Assembly (NCBI RefSeq): GCF_001194135.2 | Contig: NC_068981.1 | Coordinates: 94,106,360-94,170,359, forward strand | Direction: 5' to 3' | Source of the DNA: Octopus bimaculoides | Lineage: Eukaryota | Length of the DNA stretch: 64,000 bases | Shown: piece by piece, positions 25,396 through 38,900 of the stretch | How positions within the stretch are numbered: position 1 is the first letter of the stretch | How the letters are laid out: each line of letters opens with the position of its first letter | The notes under the pieces: generated by a model | Seen by the model: only the letters and a program-made list of their open reading frames with translations | The model's database searches: none | Told to the model about the DNA's origin: nothing | Program-made: the position numbers and the translations under genes

Positions 25396-27168
25396 GTAAG
25401 TAACAGTTTCTTCATTTTATATGTACCATATTTACATGTAGATGAGTCATACTCATGTTAAAAGTTGCACCACTAATCTAGTGTTAAATTTTGGTCCAAA
25501 ATTATTTCCCTTCATAGTTTTAGCTTTACCTTGTGTATAAGACACACTCCAGTTGTTCCCAGTTAAGACCAAGTATAAAATATTGTGAGTTATACACATA
25601 TAAATATGGGTGTATCTTATTTTTTTTTAACTAAGACTTATAATGTATTTTAAAAACATGACAAATGTTACTTGCCACTAGGACCCATAGGAAAGTAATT
25701 TGGTTGCTACATTGGTCCAGAATCTGAAAAACCACAGAGGCGCCTGAAACTATCTGCTGAAACCCACTTTAATCTGAAGAAAAAAATAGCTTACAGAACT
25801 TTTGAATTTTGAGTGGAGACCCCACACTTCTGCCAGAAACCAACAACAGTGTTTTGCTTTGCAAAATTCTGTTAGAGGCCCTGTTCATAACATTTGTAAT
25901 AACATAAAGAAATGGTATACCTAACATGATAATATTTTAATATATCACTAATTGGTAGAAATGTTGGAATGTCGAACAAATCTTTTTGTGATCTTTAATT
26001 ACAACCTTCTATGACTTGATTTTGAATCCTACTGAGGTAAACTTTACTGTGGCCATGCTGTGGCACTGTCATTATTATTATTCTTTTTTTGTTATTAGGT
26101 TTAAATGCTTATCAGTATTATGTAAGTAGACAGATACATACATTGTTGGCAAAAGGGAAAATAAGTATTCAAATATGCTGGCTTACATTGTGGAATTTTC
26201 ATGGGTCCTGCTAGTTATCATCATCATCATTATTTAATGTCCATTTTCCATGCTGGCATGAGTTGGACAGTTTGACAGGAGCTGGTTAGCTGAAAAGCTA
26301 CCTGGGCTCCATGTTTGTTTTGGCATGGTTTCTATGGTTGGATGCCCTTTCTAACACCAACCACTTTATCGAGTATACAGGGTACTTTTATGCAGCTCTG
26401 GCACAGGTGTCTTTATGTGGCACTGGCATAGGTGCTTTTTTCATGGCACCAGCAACCATGAGTCCATAAGATTAGGATCACTTGGCCAAAGAGGGATGCA
26501 GTGGACATGCCTGAATGCAAGTGACAGTCACGATTTTACTTAGCTTGATGTGTCTTCTCTAGTACAGCAAACCACCAGAAGTCTCAATCCCTTGTCACCC
26601 TCTCTGTGAGGTCTCTGGGATCAGCAAAATAGTTCCATAGTAGTGAGGTTGATTCAATCAGTTATATCCTTAACTCTTATAAATTTATGGCCTTGTGCCA
26701 GAGTAAGAGTCATTATTGATTTTGATGTAAGACCAGAAAGTTTGAGATTTGGGGGCAGAACCATTAGCATGCCAGGCAAAATTCTTAGCAGCATTTAGTC
26801 CATCTCTATGTTCTGAGTTCAAATTCTATTAAGGGGTTGATAAAATAAGTACCAGTTGAGCACTGGGGTCGATGTAATCAACTTATCTCATCCCCTGAAA
26901 TTACTGACTTTGTGCCAAAATTTGAAATCAACATTGGTTTCAAATTTCAAATTGAAGAGAAAAAAAACTAAAAAAAAAAAAATGAAGGGATTATTCCAGT
27001 ACTCAACAGGTACTTATTTTAACCACCTCCAAAAGGATGAAAGACAAGTCGACCTCTGTGGAATTTGAACATAAAGAGCTAGAAGAAATGCTGCCAAACA
27101 TTTTGCCAGTTTGCTGCCTTAAGAGTTTTTAATAATGAAATACAATTGGGACATATTTTCTGTTTTAG

Positions 27169-27360
27169 ATGTCTGCTTTATCATGTGTTGTTAATATGGC
27201 AAAAATGAAGAACTATGTATTTCGAACTTATAACCTACCATCGGGAGTGTACTCTCAGTACCCTGGAAGTTGTAAATATCAATTATGGGAAGCTATTCGA
27301 GCATCATCTGCTGCTCCTGGTTACTATACAGAATTTCAGTTGGATGATTTAATTCATCAA
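27169..27360 (+). CDS. PNPLA8: PNPLA8 coding exon 5 (YVFRTY...WEAIRASSAAPGYY...LIHQ)
   Basis: ttttag acceptor and gtaagt donor, phase 0 to 0. Patatin ASSAAP motif. Confidence 0.97.
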
Positions 27361-27573
27361 GTAAGTAATATCTATTAATTAATTTCTCTGTTTAAACCTT
27401 GAAACTACTACTGCTGCTGCCATCAGCACTGCTTTTGTTACTGTGGTTGTTGTTGTTACTTTCATACTTCCTGTTTTATATCCTGTAAGGCCACATCCAA
27501 ACAATAGGCCTAGTGTGCTGTAGGTAAGATGTTACTTGATTGACAGCACTCTCCATAGTATGCTATCTGTTCC

Positions 27574-27604
<31 letters not shown>

Positions 27605-28275
27605 CATTAGCACACCAGGCAAAATGCTTTGTAGCATTTCATCTGTCTTCGCATTCTGAGTTCAAATTCTGCTGTGGCTCACTTTGCCTTTCATCCTTTT
27701 GGGGTCAATAAAATAAATACCAGTTGAATCCTGGAGTCAATGTAATCGACTTAGTCCTCCCGCCAAATTACTGGCCTTGTGCCAAAATTTGAAATCATCA
27801 TCATTATCATTATGATTATTATTAGGAAGGTGGGGAGATGGCAAAATGATTAGCATGCTGGATAAAATGCTTAATGGTAATTTGGCCATCTTTGTTCTGT
27901 GTTCAAATTCCACTGAGATTGACTTTGCCTCTCATCCTTTCCGGGTCAATAAGTACCAGTTAAACATTGGGGTCAATGTAATCAACTAGCCTTCTCTTCA
28001 CAAAATTTCAGGCCTTGTGCTTATTGTAGAAAGGATTATTGGTAAGGTGGCAAGCTGTAAGAATTATTAAGCAAGCTAGACAAAATGCTGCTAAGCATTT
28101 TGTTCATCTTTACATTCAGAGTTCAAATTCCGCAGCGCTTGACTTTTGCTTTCCATCCTTTCAAGATTGATAAAATAAATATTAGTTGAGTGGTGGGAGT
28201 GGGGGGGTGTCAATATAATTGACTAGCACCTCGCCCAACCACAAATTTCAGGCTTTGTGTCTATAGTAAAAAACT
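27605..28275 (+). mobile_element. Three head-to-tail copies of SINE family D
   Basis: Shared core ttctgagttcaaattc...gactttgcctttcatcctt...aagtaccagt...aaatttcaggccttgtg. Other copies near 23942-24130, 26735-26935, 36885-37035, 38555-38760, 59318-59700 and 63035-63230. Confidence 0.8.
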
Positions 28276-28804
28276 ATAATTATTATTAAAATATGTAGTC
28301 TGTTACAAGACTTTCACATTGTTCATGGGTAAGATACTTGATTTCATATGTGTTAGGTTTTATATGTAAAAACAGCCTGGACTGAAAAATAGGTGCAACA
28401 TGTTTAGACTATTACTATCTATATTTGCAAACTCTGCATGGCTGGGTGTGTAAATCAGATGAAAAGTTAGCTAAACCTCCCATGTGCTAAATATTTGGCT
28501 CACTGCCAGTTAGTAGGCAGTAATCAACTACTGTATAGTGGAAGGTGGAATTTGGTTCCAAACCTGACTGAAACGTGACACATTCAGAAGAGTTAATTGA
28601 GATTTACTTAACAACCACAACAGATATATTCCTGTATTTTAAATTTCATCACAACATTCCAGATGGCATGAAATATTTTACTTATAAAAATCATTTGATA
28701 AAATTAATTTCTACTTGCTCTAAATTTTTTAAATATAAATATTGCTCATGATTCAATGAGATATAATCCTATTTTCACTTTGTTTTTAATGCTATTTTTA
28801 TTAG

Positions 28805-29000
28805 GATGGAGGCTTATTGACCAATAACCCAACTGCTTTAGCTATTCATGAATGTCGATTATTGTGGCCAGATACTCCCCTTCAATGTGTAGTCTCTGTT
28901 GGCAATGGAAGATATGAACCAAATTTAGAAATGAACACCAATAAAAGTAGCCTCAAAGAGAAAGTTGTTAAAATATTAGACAGTGCAACTGATACAGAAG
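28805..29000 (+). CDS. PNPLA8: PNPLA8 coding exon 6 (DGGLLTNNP...SATDTE)
   Basis: attag acceptor and gtaatt donor, phase 0 to 1. Starts with the catalytic DGG aspartate motif. Confidence 0.97.
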
Positions 29001-29098
29001 GTAATTAATGTCTTATCATTATATTAATATTTTTCTTTTATAATGATTCATTGATATCAATGTTTTTCTATAGCTGCTTTTTTTAATAATTCTATAGA

Positions 29099-29501
29099 AC
29101 AGTTCTATATTTAAGAGATGAGGAATTATGTAGATTATTTACATTTGACGGATATTTGTCCTCATCTTGTTTATTGTTAACACAATGTTTCAGCTGATAT
29201 ATCCTCCAACCTTCATCAAGTGTCTTGGGGAAATTTCGAACCTGGGTTCTCATTCCTAAGGTATTTTTTGTTGTTATTATTATTGTTCAGTAGTTTTATT
29301 TTTATAACGTGCTTTCACTTCACTACCGAGCGCAGCTATGTGTGCCTTAGGTATGTGCTGTGGTTTGCTCTTATGGTTACTGTATTGAAAGTGTTTTGCG
29401 TAGGATGTGTGCAGTGCCCAGTAGTGCAATTTTCTGTATGTTATATATATTTGTANNNNNNNNNNCCAGTAGTGCAATTTTCTGTATGTTATATATATTT
29501 G

Positions 29502-29539
<38 letters not shown>

Positions 29540-29660
29540 GTTCAGGTCACTGCCTGAAATCGAACTTGGAATCTTGGGATTAGTAGCCCACGCTCTTAAC
29601 CGCTATGCCATATCCGTCAAATGTAAATAATGTCTCATCTCTTAAATATAGAACTGTATT
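29099..29660 (-). mobile_element. tRNA-head SINE with hammerhead-like tail and an inverted copy of its 3' end at the 5' side
   Basis: Head at about 29540-29615 on the minus strand, (taa)n spacer, tail 29099-29260; 29610-29660 is the reverse complement of 29099-29155. Confidence 0.75.
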
Positions 29661-29809
29661 ATCTAATCGGTATGGAGCCGACATTAGACTTCAATAGAGA
29701 CATATAGAGAAACTCCATCAAAAACTAGCTCATCTTTCAAACCATCTAACTTAGATACTCAAAGCTAATACCACCTGGATTGAATATAATAAAAGAAAAA
29801 AAAGAAAAG

Positions 29810-30058
29810 CCCACGGGCATATGGCGTAGTGATTAAGAGTGCGGACTACTAACCTCAAGATTCTGAGTTCAATTCCAGGCAGTAACCTGACTAATAATAA
29901 TAATAACAACAACATTGAAAAATACCTTAGGAATGAGAACCCAGGTTTGAAATTTCCCAAAGACAACTGATGAAGGTTGGAGGGTGTATCAGCTGAAACG
30001 TGCTAACAACAAACAAGATGAGGACAAATATCCATCAAATGTAAATAATGTAAATAAA
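29810..30058 (+). mobile_element. Second copy of the same SINE, inverted relative to the first
   Basis: A box tggcgtagtga, B box gagttcaattcc, (taa)n, CTGATGA...GAAAC at 29967-29999 and a gtaaataat tail. Confidence 0.8.
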
Positions 30059-31012
30059 TTCTATAGTAGTTTTTCAAATTCCAACACCTGTATGTTTTGA
30101 TTATACATTGGTCATAGAGTAGTGGTTGGCTTCTGTTGAGCCAGGTTTATGAATTTGGATATAGACAATAACTTGAAGATGTTTGGGCTCTATTAAATTG
30201 ATTTACCCTTGAATACTTTGCGATGAAATCTTCAGTAGTATACAAATAACATGATACAAATACGTGATATTTTCAATAGTTTGTACATATTATTAGAAAA
30301 ATAACTTAACTGGAATGTACTTTGTCTAAATCACAATATAGTGTCTGAAGTTGAAACTTATCAGTGCTCACCTGCAATGAATAAACAAGCAATTATGCAA
30401 TGGGAGTGTCTTTTTATTGTATTTTACATCCTGGTGTAGGTGCAGTTAGTTTTGAAAATAACTGATAACAAAGTTGAATTTCTATTCACTCAGCTAGGAA
30501 GTAGCTGATATTTTTCAGGAAAGCTGACTGTAATATGTCTTACCTGGAGGCATGACTAAAGTAATGTTTTTTTAATATATCAATCACAATTTGTTCCTAT
30601 TTTAAATTTGTATTTGGAGACATCTGCATACAAATTTTTAATGGATATAAACAACTCTTTATAGTATTCATTTTTCATTTCTTTTATTTATTTTAAATGG
30701 ATTTATATTTTATATAAACATATTTATATTTTATTAGCTGGTAACTTGTTAAAACCTGGAGTCGAAATAATATCATAGTGTTTGAAAAAGTTGTAAATTA
30801 GAATTTATTACAGGCATAACATTGATTTTCCAGAATCATTGGTTCCCAAATCTCTCTTGATTACTGATTTTTCTGAACCAAGGGTGGTCACCATGGTCAA
30901 CACACTAAATTGAACAAATATTAAATTTACTTAGATAATTAAATGAAATATGGGTACCTCTGCATGATTATAATTGACACAAGTTTATTAATACTGTACT
31001 ATGCATGATACT

Positions 31013-31395
31013 GTGGAGGCGCAATGGCCAGTGGTTAGGGCAGCGGACTCACGGTCATAGGATCGCGGTTTCGATTCCCAGACCGGGCGTTGTGAGTGTT
31101 TATTGGACGAAAACACCTAAAGCTCCACGAGGCTCCGGCAGGGGATGTTGGCGAACCCTGCTGTACTCTTCCACCACAACTTTCTCTCACTCTTACTTCC
31201 TGTTTTTGTTGTGCCTGTAATTCAAAGGGTCAGCCTTGTCACACTGTGTCACGCTGAATATCCCCAAGAACTACGTTAAGGGTACATGTGTCTGTGGAGT
31301 GCTCAGCCACTTGCACGTTAATTTCACGAGCAGGCTGTTCCGTTGATCGGATCAACTGGAACCCTGGACGTCGTAAGCGACGGAGTGCCAACAAC
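31013..31395 (+). mobile_element. tRNA-head SINE family B, full length with 12-bp TSD
   Basis: A box tggccagtgg, B box ggtttcgattcc, (caa)n tail; atgcatgatact at 31001-31012 and 31396-31407. Confidence 0.9.
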
Positions 31396-31764
31396 ATGCA
31401 TGATACTAGTCTGTGCAAAGTACTAGTAAACTAATCTGGTGGCTACAGGAATTTGAAGTTGCTGTTTGTAAATTAATATGGATTATAAGAGGTTCTGGAT
31501 CATTAGTGTGTGAAATGTCTGGGTTGTATCTGTACCATAACAGTTAAAATTCATAGGGTCACAAGGGCTGTAAATAGCTGAGAGTATTTAGTTTTTGAGT
31601 CAAAACTCTCCTTCTGGTGCTTGGTAAAATAAGTGCCTGCAATATGCTAGAGTTGAGTCACTCTGCTATTTCCCCTTCTTCTATATAAATTAATCATGAG
31701 CCTATAACATTCATATTTCATCTTATTCATCATTTAAGATATATTATTTACTTTCTTCTTTTAG

Positions 31765-32018
31765 CTGTTAATACAACTTTGACCGATTTACTACACCCAA
31801 GCAGCTACTTCCGATTCAATCCATATCTTTCTGAACCCTGTACATTAGATGAAATCAGAATGCAAAAACTCGAGCAAATGCAGCATGATACTCGAATGTA
31901 CCTACGCAAAAATGAATACAAAGTGCAACGATGTGCAGAAAAATTACTAGAACAAAGACATCTCTACCAAAAAGGATTTGATTGGTTACAATTAAAGAAA
32001 GATATGCTAAATAAATAA
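31765..32018 (+). CDS. PNPLA8: PNPLA8 last coding exon (YFRFNP...LKKDMLNK*)
   Basis: cttttag acceptor, phase 1; YFRFNP motif; TAA ends at 32018. Spliced CDS is 1887 nt = 628 aa plus stop. Confidence 0.96.
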
Positions 32019-32319
32019 TTTAAATCATTCATAAATAAGTAAATTATGTTCCCAGGCAGTTCACTTTGAGGTCATTCATTGTAAATTTTAATTACATCAG
32101 ATTCCTTACTATTTATTTGCTTCTAGCCTTCTCTTAAATCAACAATCTACCTTTCTTCAGGAATAAGTTTACAAGAGACTTGCCTGTCCAGTTGCTTGGA
32201 GACAGTTCATGTTCATAAATGACTAAACGAATTTGATATATATATATATATATATACACACATACACTTACACACACATTGTATGTGTATATTATACATA
32301 TATAGATGTATGTATGCTG

Positions 32320-32655
32320 AAACCCCCTTCCGTCATGATTGACCATGGGATTGCACCTAGAAAGTTACTCTCTCAGGCACAAGTCCAGGCAAGGTTGTTT
32401 ATGGAAGACCAGCAGTCACCCATGCATACCAGCCTCCCCTCTCCATGCCACCAGTGTTATCCAAGGGAAAGGCAAAGGCCGATACAGTTTGACACCTGTG
32501 ACATCGCAACTCATTTCTACAGCTGAGTGAACTGGATCAATGTGAAATAAAGTGTCTTGCTCAAGAACACAACACACAGCCCAGTCTGGGATTCAAACTT
32601 ACAACCTCACGATCGTAAGCTCGACGCTCTAACCACTGAGCCATGCGCCTTCACA
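32320..32655 (-). mobile_element. tRNA-head SINE family G
   Basis: Head tgaaggcgcatggctcagtggttagag...gtttgaatccc. A related copy at about 55350-56100 is interrupted by another element. Confidence 0.8.
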
Positions 32656-32691
32656 TGTATGTATGATATCATACATATATATGTATGCATG

Positions 32692-32728
<37 letters not shown>

Positions 32729-32871
32729 TATATATATGCATATATAATATATATGCATATATATACATTATGTACTTATATAATATATATACAAATGCAT
32801 ATATACATTATGTACATATATAATATATATATATATGCATATATACATTATCTACATATATAATATATACG

Positions 32872-32925
<54 letters not shown>

Positions 32926-33269
32926 TCATCATCATCGTACACACACACATGCAAATATACACACAAATAATCCTGTGCAATTTGATGGCTGTTGATTTGT
33001 ATGCTTTGAAATAAATGAGAAAGGTTCTCTATCAACCTCTTTTTCTCTGTCTTTTTAGCCTCTCTCTACATTTATTTATATACCTTTTACCATCATAAGA
33101 CCATGGCCATGCCAGGGGGACCGCCTTAAATATAAATACATAATTACAATGGATGATGCCAGGTAGCCATAAGCAGTGAACATGCTTTGCTGGCATATCA
33201 CCAGGGACACACCCAAAACACAATTTAAATTTTAGATTTAAATCTAAACTCTAATTATAACTTTAGTGA

Positions 33270-33500
33270 CAGGGTGGCCCAAAAGTAGGTTTACAGTTAT
33301 TCAACTATCTCCTTCACATTCATATATTAACAGTTTAGATCTTAATTGTAAAAAAATATGAAACCATTATTCTATGCTAATTTAGTTTTCTCAAGCTCCC
33401 TTTTCAGTTTATAAGATAGAAATTTAAATGTAATAAAATATTTTAAAAGAAATTTAAAGTGCCTACGTGATAACTGTAAACCTAATTTTGGGCCATCCTG
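33270..33500. mobile_element. Tc1/mariner-type MITE
   Basis: ~30-bp TIRs cagggtggcccaaaagtaggtttacagtta / taactgtaaacctaattttgggccatcctg followed by TA. A similar element type lies near 63379-63505. Confidence 0.75.
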
Positions 33501-34768
33501 TATATAAATATAAATGTATGTAGATGCATGCACAAGCATGTACAAGAAAGCCAGAAGTGAAACTTATGAGTAAAACATGATCCTCTGACCTGTCTAGGAG
33601 GGTAACATCTATAAATAAGAATTGATTTATATCATAACAATGCATCAAACCCAGTATGGAAAGCAGACATGAAATGATGATAAAGATTACATATATATGT
33701 AAGTGAAATAACTTATAATGAAAACAGAAAGCTTCTAATAATAAGAAAAGGGAAAATTAAAATACCTTTATGTATTTCAGGCATCTTACATTGATGATTG
33801 CCAAATGGGCTATCATCTGTAAGGACTTGCATAAACTGATATTTCTAAGCCATTTACTTCCGATGATAAGTGTTTGTGTCTGAAATATGTAAAAGTTTCT
33901 TAACTTTCCCTTTGCACTTTATTAGAAGTTCTCCATCTTCATTGTTTGTTGTTTTACTTCCGTATCACAATGCTTCAAGCATACTACAATGTTCTTCTGC
34001 ATTAATAAAAACATATATATTTATATGTACTTATATATCCCTCTCTCTCTCTCTCTCTCTTTCGGAGAGAGGCACAAGCACATACACAGATATATACACA
34101 TGCAGCAGTAACTTTCACCTACCAAATTCAATCACAAAGTTTCGGTCGGCTTGGGGCTATAGCAGAAGACACTTGCCCAAGGTGCTACGCGGTGGGACTG
34201 AACCCGAAACCATGTAGCTGGGAAGCAAGCTTCCTAACTACNNNNNNNNNNACCATGTAGCTGGGAAGCAAGCTTCCTAACTACACAGCCATGCCCGTGC
34301 CAATATATATTTGTACATATAAATGAATACGTGTGTGCATATGTATGCATACATGTATGTGGGTGTGTGCATGCACATATTCATGTGTCTGTGTGTGCAT
34401 GCGCTCCCATGGACACACTCACATATACAAGTATATACTTGTACATACCACCCCTTCCTACTTCCCCTCCAACCACACGACTGATTTCCGGTCTACTACG
34501 CGGTATTTTCCAAGTAACTGTTGTCACTGATATACCAACATCAAACCACATGACCTTCCTCTACCAATCACAGCCCACCTTATGGTAATAAAAATCAACT
34601 TCTCTCATTCAAATTCAATGTAGTTGAAGATTAGCATCACGCTTGAAACTCTTAGAGTACCAACGAATTTGAATCAAACTATTTTGATCCATACCTGTAA
34701 ATATGTTGAGTGTCCTTTTGTTTGTCCACTCACTTGTGTGTATACATATATATATATATATATATATA

Positions 34769-35475
34769 GAATTGATAATGAAGAGGAGAGTGATTTGTTC
34801 ACATCTAAAACATTTTTATTAAAATGTTCTCGGGCCGACCAAAGACTTGTGAGTGGATTTGGTAGATGGAAACTGAAAGAAGCCTGTCGTATATATATAT
34901 GTGTGTGTGTGTTTGTGTGTCTGTATTTGTCCCCCCCCCACCATCGCTTGACAACCGATGCTGGTGTGTTTACATCCCCGTAACTTAGCAGTTGGGCAAA
35001 AAGAGATCGATAGAATAAGTACTAGGCTTACAAAAGAATAAGTCCTGGGGTCGATTTGTTCGACTAAAGGCGGTGCTCCAGCATGGCCGCAGTCAAATGA
35101 CTGAAACAAGTAAAAGAGAGTACAACATATATAACTCTGACCTACATATGTTTTGACTGCACATTGCTCTGTATGCAATTATGCATTCTAGTCACTGCAA
35201 TTTCATCAAGCGTCCACCACTCACTTTTTTTCCAAAGTGAACTGATTTAAACAAGCGTCCTGAATACCAGCGCAGGATGCTTGTCTGAAGCAGTTCACTT
35301 TAAAAACACTGAGTGATGGACCCTTGATGAAATTGCAGTGACAAGAATGCATAATTACATACAGAGCAATGTGCAGTCAAAACATATGTAGGTCAGAGTT
35401 ATATATGCTGTAGAAAACTTTAATAAAAATGCTTTGGATGTGATTAAATCTCTACTTTCCTCTTCATTATCAAAT
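34769..35475. repeat. Foldback (long inverted repeat, ~210-bp arms) interrupted by a SINE A copy at 34821-35120
   Basis: 35121-35260 pairs with 35270-35412, and 34769-34820 pairs with about 35412-35475. Confidence 0.85.
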
Positions 35476-35779
35476 ATATACTCTACGGAATATTTGCAGT
35501 TCAGAATAGGAACATGGACTACTCAACAAATGAAGCTTACCAGTATCTCTTTTAATCTTGAGTACTATTTAATGGACCGTTGTGGATAGCTGACATCTAT
35601 ACCAATACGTGAGATAATATGGTATCTGCACGAATAACTTAAACCTTTTATACTCTCTCATAACTTCAAGCCAATAAGGCCACTGAACCTGACAATGTTT
35701 CTTCCATTACCCATAACTGGTGTGCACCAGATCTAGTTCCTAACTTCAAAATATTCAATCTCTTCCTCTTGAGGGATAT

Positions 35780-35910
35780 GGCTCAATCTTTTGGAACATA
35801 CCTATTCAGTGTGTTCTATCTCCAAGAAGGGAAATCCCTCTAACCTTGCCAATCATCATACTAGCCTACTCACAGTATCTCAAAGTGATGGGAACAGCAT
35901 TTAACAATAA
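35780..35910 (+). mobile_element. Small decayed LINE RT fragment (CR1/L2/Jockey-like)
   Basis: KGNPSNLANHHTSLLTVS resembles the RT motif KGDxxxxxNYRPISLL; heavily degraded. Confidence 0.35.
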
Positions 35911-38900
35911 CCTCTAATACTTTGAGTTTCTCTTCAGAACAGATTTGGCATGAGATGCTTAGGTTTCATGTGGATGATTTTTGGGTATAGGAGTCCATAA
36001 CTGGCAAAAGTCTTTGAATTTATTTTATGGGTGTTTTAACAACAACTCCTGTTTTGCTATTTTGATAGTCTTTATGTTCCATGAACATGACTGTGATCTT
36101 TACACATCTCTTGTGGATCTATAGTTTACATTTGCTATACAATACAGAGTTTCTACCTATACCTTGCATACTAAGCATGGTCACTTCTTGTTATTGTATG
36201 CTGTTTGTCATTTTCTTTTATTTGAAAACTATCATGCAGCTTATATTTTCAAAGTGTCTTCTCCAGTATATATTGAACTTTTTTCATTTTTATTGGGTTG
36301 GTCTGGAGCAGAGACATAACTAGGGTTTTTTCCACCTGGGGTTGATCTTTGAGTTTGCAAACCCAGCTCCATAAAAATAGAACATAATTCACATTAAAGT
36401 GCTCCCATACTAAATTCATGCCATAAACCTACAGATTGTGAAATAACTATTTAAACAAATTTATTTAAATACTTATTTATTCTAAATAATCTATTTGCAA
36501 TATATTTCATCTTAAGGCTAGTAAAATTTTAGATGTATTAAACACATAATGCTAATAACTGCAATTAAAAGTGGCTTTCTATTATAGTAGCAAAGTGAAT
36601 GTGGCAACTAAAAAATGGTAGCTATATTATAACCATAAAAAGTGAAGTTAGTAAATAGTTGTAGGTAGCCAATCAAAGATGAGTTGCTTGGACTATCTCT
36701 ATACTCATTTACAGTCAAAGTGTACTGGTTATCTCCTTTTTACTTTCCATTTAACAAACTGTCTTTATCTATGATATACTGTCATTGTAAGTAGCATTAT
36801 TTTTTATAAAATGTTCAACTACACTTAATATTGATTATATTTCAGTATAAAATGGTGAAAATTATAAACCATATCTTCAAAATTCTTTCTACTATAGGCA
36901 TAAGGCCTGAAACTTGGGGAGAGGGAGGCAATCAATTAGATTGACTCCACTACGCAACTGGCACTTAATTTATCGATCCTGAAAGGAAGGCAAAGTTGAC
37001 AATAGCGAAATCTGAACTCAGAATATAGCAATGGGCAAAATAAATCGCATCTTTAAAGACGACAACACATCATGGTACAAATAATTCTATAGTGTTTACT
37101 CATATTACACTCTAATAGTTGTCTGCATTGGCAGAATCATCAGTGATCAACAAAATAGCAAGTAAGTTCTTTCTGACACAGAGAATGGCAACTCTTCTCT
37201 GTTCTGTTCAAGTCATTTGAGCTTACATTATCATCTATAAATTCCATCTAATTTCTTGAAATTATCTAGAATGGAAAAGATTTTATTTAATGTTTTGAGT
37301 ACTTTGCTAAAAAGGTATCATTTGTCCAGTCATTATTCAATATTAATAATTGAATATGTTGTACCTGAGACCCATCTTTGTTTCCTGCCAACTCTATCCT
37401 TTTAAATAGTGTATCAAAGATTTGTGTGTAGATTATTTTAATGGTATAATCTGAAAAGCAAAGCAAGAAGATAAAATGAGTTGTTCTTGCATGAGGAGAC
37501 AATGGTTTAGAGAATTTGTTTTGATCAGTGTTTAATGTTAGTGAATAATCTGTCACCATTATAGTCACATATAAGTGTTTTTTATAAGTGAAGGTGGTTA
37601 GGCTGTTGCACTCACCATCACTAGATCGTGGGTTCAATTCCATGATTGGATGGCATGTTGTGTTCTTCAACAAAATACTTCATTTCACATTGCTCCAGTC
37701 CCCCTTTCAATCAAGGGGGAATGTTGGCCTGCTTGCCTAGCCAGCAGGGAGGCATTATCTGAAGGCTAAAACACTGCAAAATGCATTGTGACCAGTGATG
37801 TGGAACAACATTTGATAGCCTAGTCGGACACATGATCATGTGATAAGTGTTTTTATATCTTGTCAATAAAAGGTCTAGTTAGAGTTTGTTGTACATCCAT
37901 GTATTCCTTTGTTGAAGAGTTGGTGATATGAAGTCAGTCCTCAGTTAAACAATTATGACTGTGGAATCAACAGCTCTGCTAGTGTCTGCATTTCAGATAC
38001 ATAAATCTGTTTCTGGGGGATATCATTTTAATAGACTTCTTAATGAATATTTCAACTATGAATGGAGAAAGCATAATGAATAGAGATGGGTTTCTGGTTG
38101 AAGTACATTTAAGAAGATAACAAATCTCAATAGAGTTATGGCATCTATTTGAGGTACTGAAATTTGTAAAATATGTCAGCGTTAGGTGAGAAGGTTGTCA
38201 GGAACTTTTGTGGGTGTGAATTTGTTCATTAAAGCTAATAGAAAGTTAGTGCTATTTAAAGGTTTCTTACAACTGTTTGAGCTATATGATGTTACAATAT
38301 TGTCTGAAGTTGATATGTTGCTGTTGAAAACTGTCTTCATACAGTTCTTAAACTACCTTTAACTGCTTCTGTAGTGCCTGGTGTTTCAACAACAAGCTTT
38401 ATTATCTGTCAATTATAAGAACAGTATGGATAACAAAGCATAGTTTTGTACCACTTCATTATGAATTTCACAAAAACCTTTGAAACTATAAACTCAGAAG
38501 CTCTTCAGTAGATAATAGTGAAAGTAGGCTGAAACCCCTAATAATTTTTTCTGTAGGCACAAAACCCGAAATATTAGGGGAGGAGGCTAGTTGATTAAAT
38601 CAACCTTGGTATTCAACTGGTGCTTATATTATTGACCCGAAATGGATGAAAGGTAAAGTTAACCTTGGTGGAATTTGAACTTGGAACATAAAGCTGGAAA
38701 AAACGGTTATTAAGTATTTTGCTTGGTTTGGTAGTTATTCTGTCAGCTTGCCACTTTTGAAACTCTTAATGACATGAAAGAACAAGTATCAAACACCTTA
38801 ATCAATTTTATAAATGGATGTAACAAATCAAATATTGTTTAATGTTTACTGGTAATTATACACCAACTACCTTTCAATGATATTAGTATTGCAGAAATCT

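Noticed and set aside
31013-31090. tRNA genes at SINE heads (also about 16795-16870, 29815-29885, 43255-43331)
   Set aside because: They have A/B boxes only, run into SINE bodies and carry TSDs; no convincing cloverleaf.
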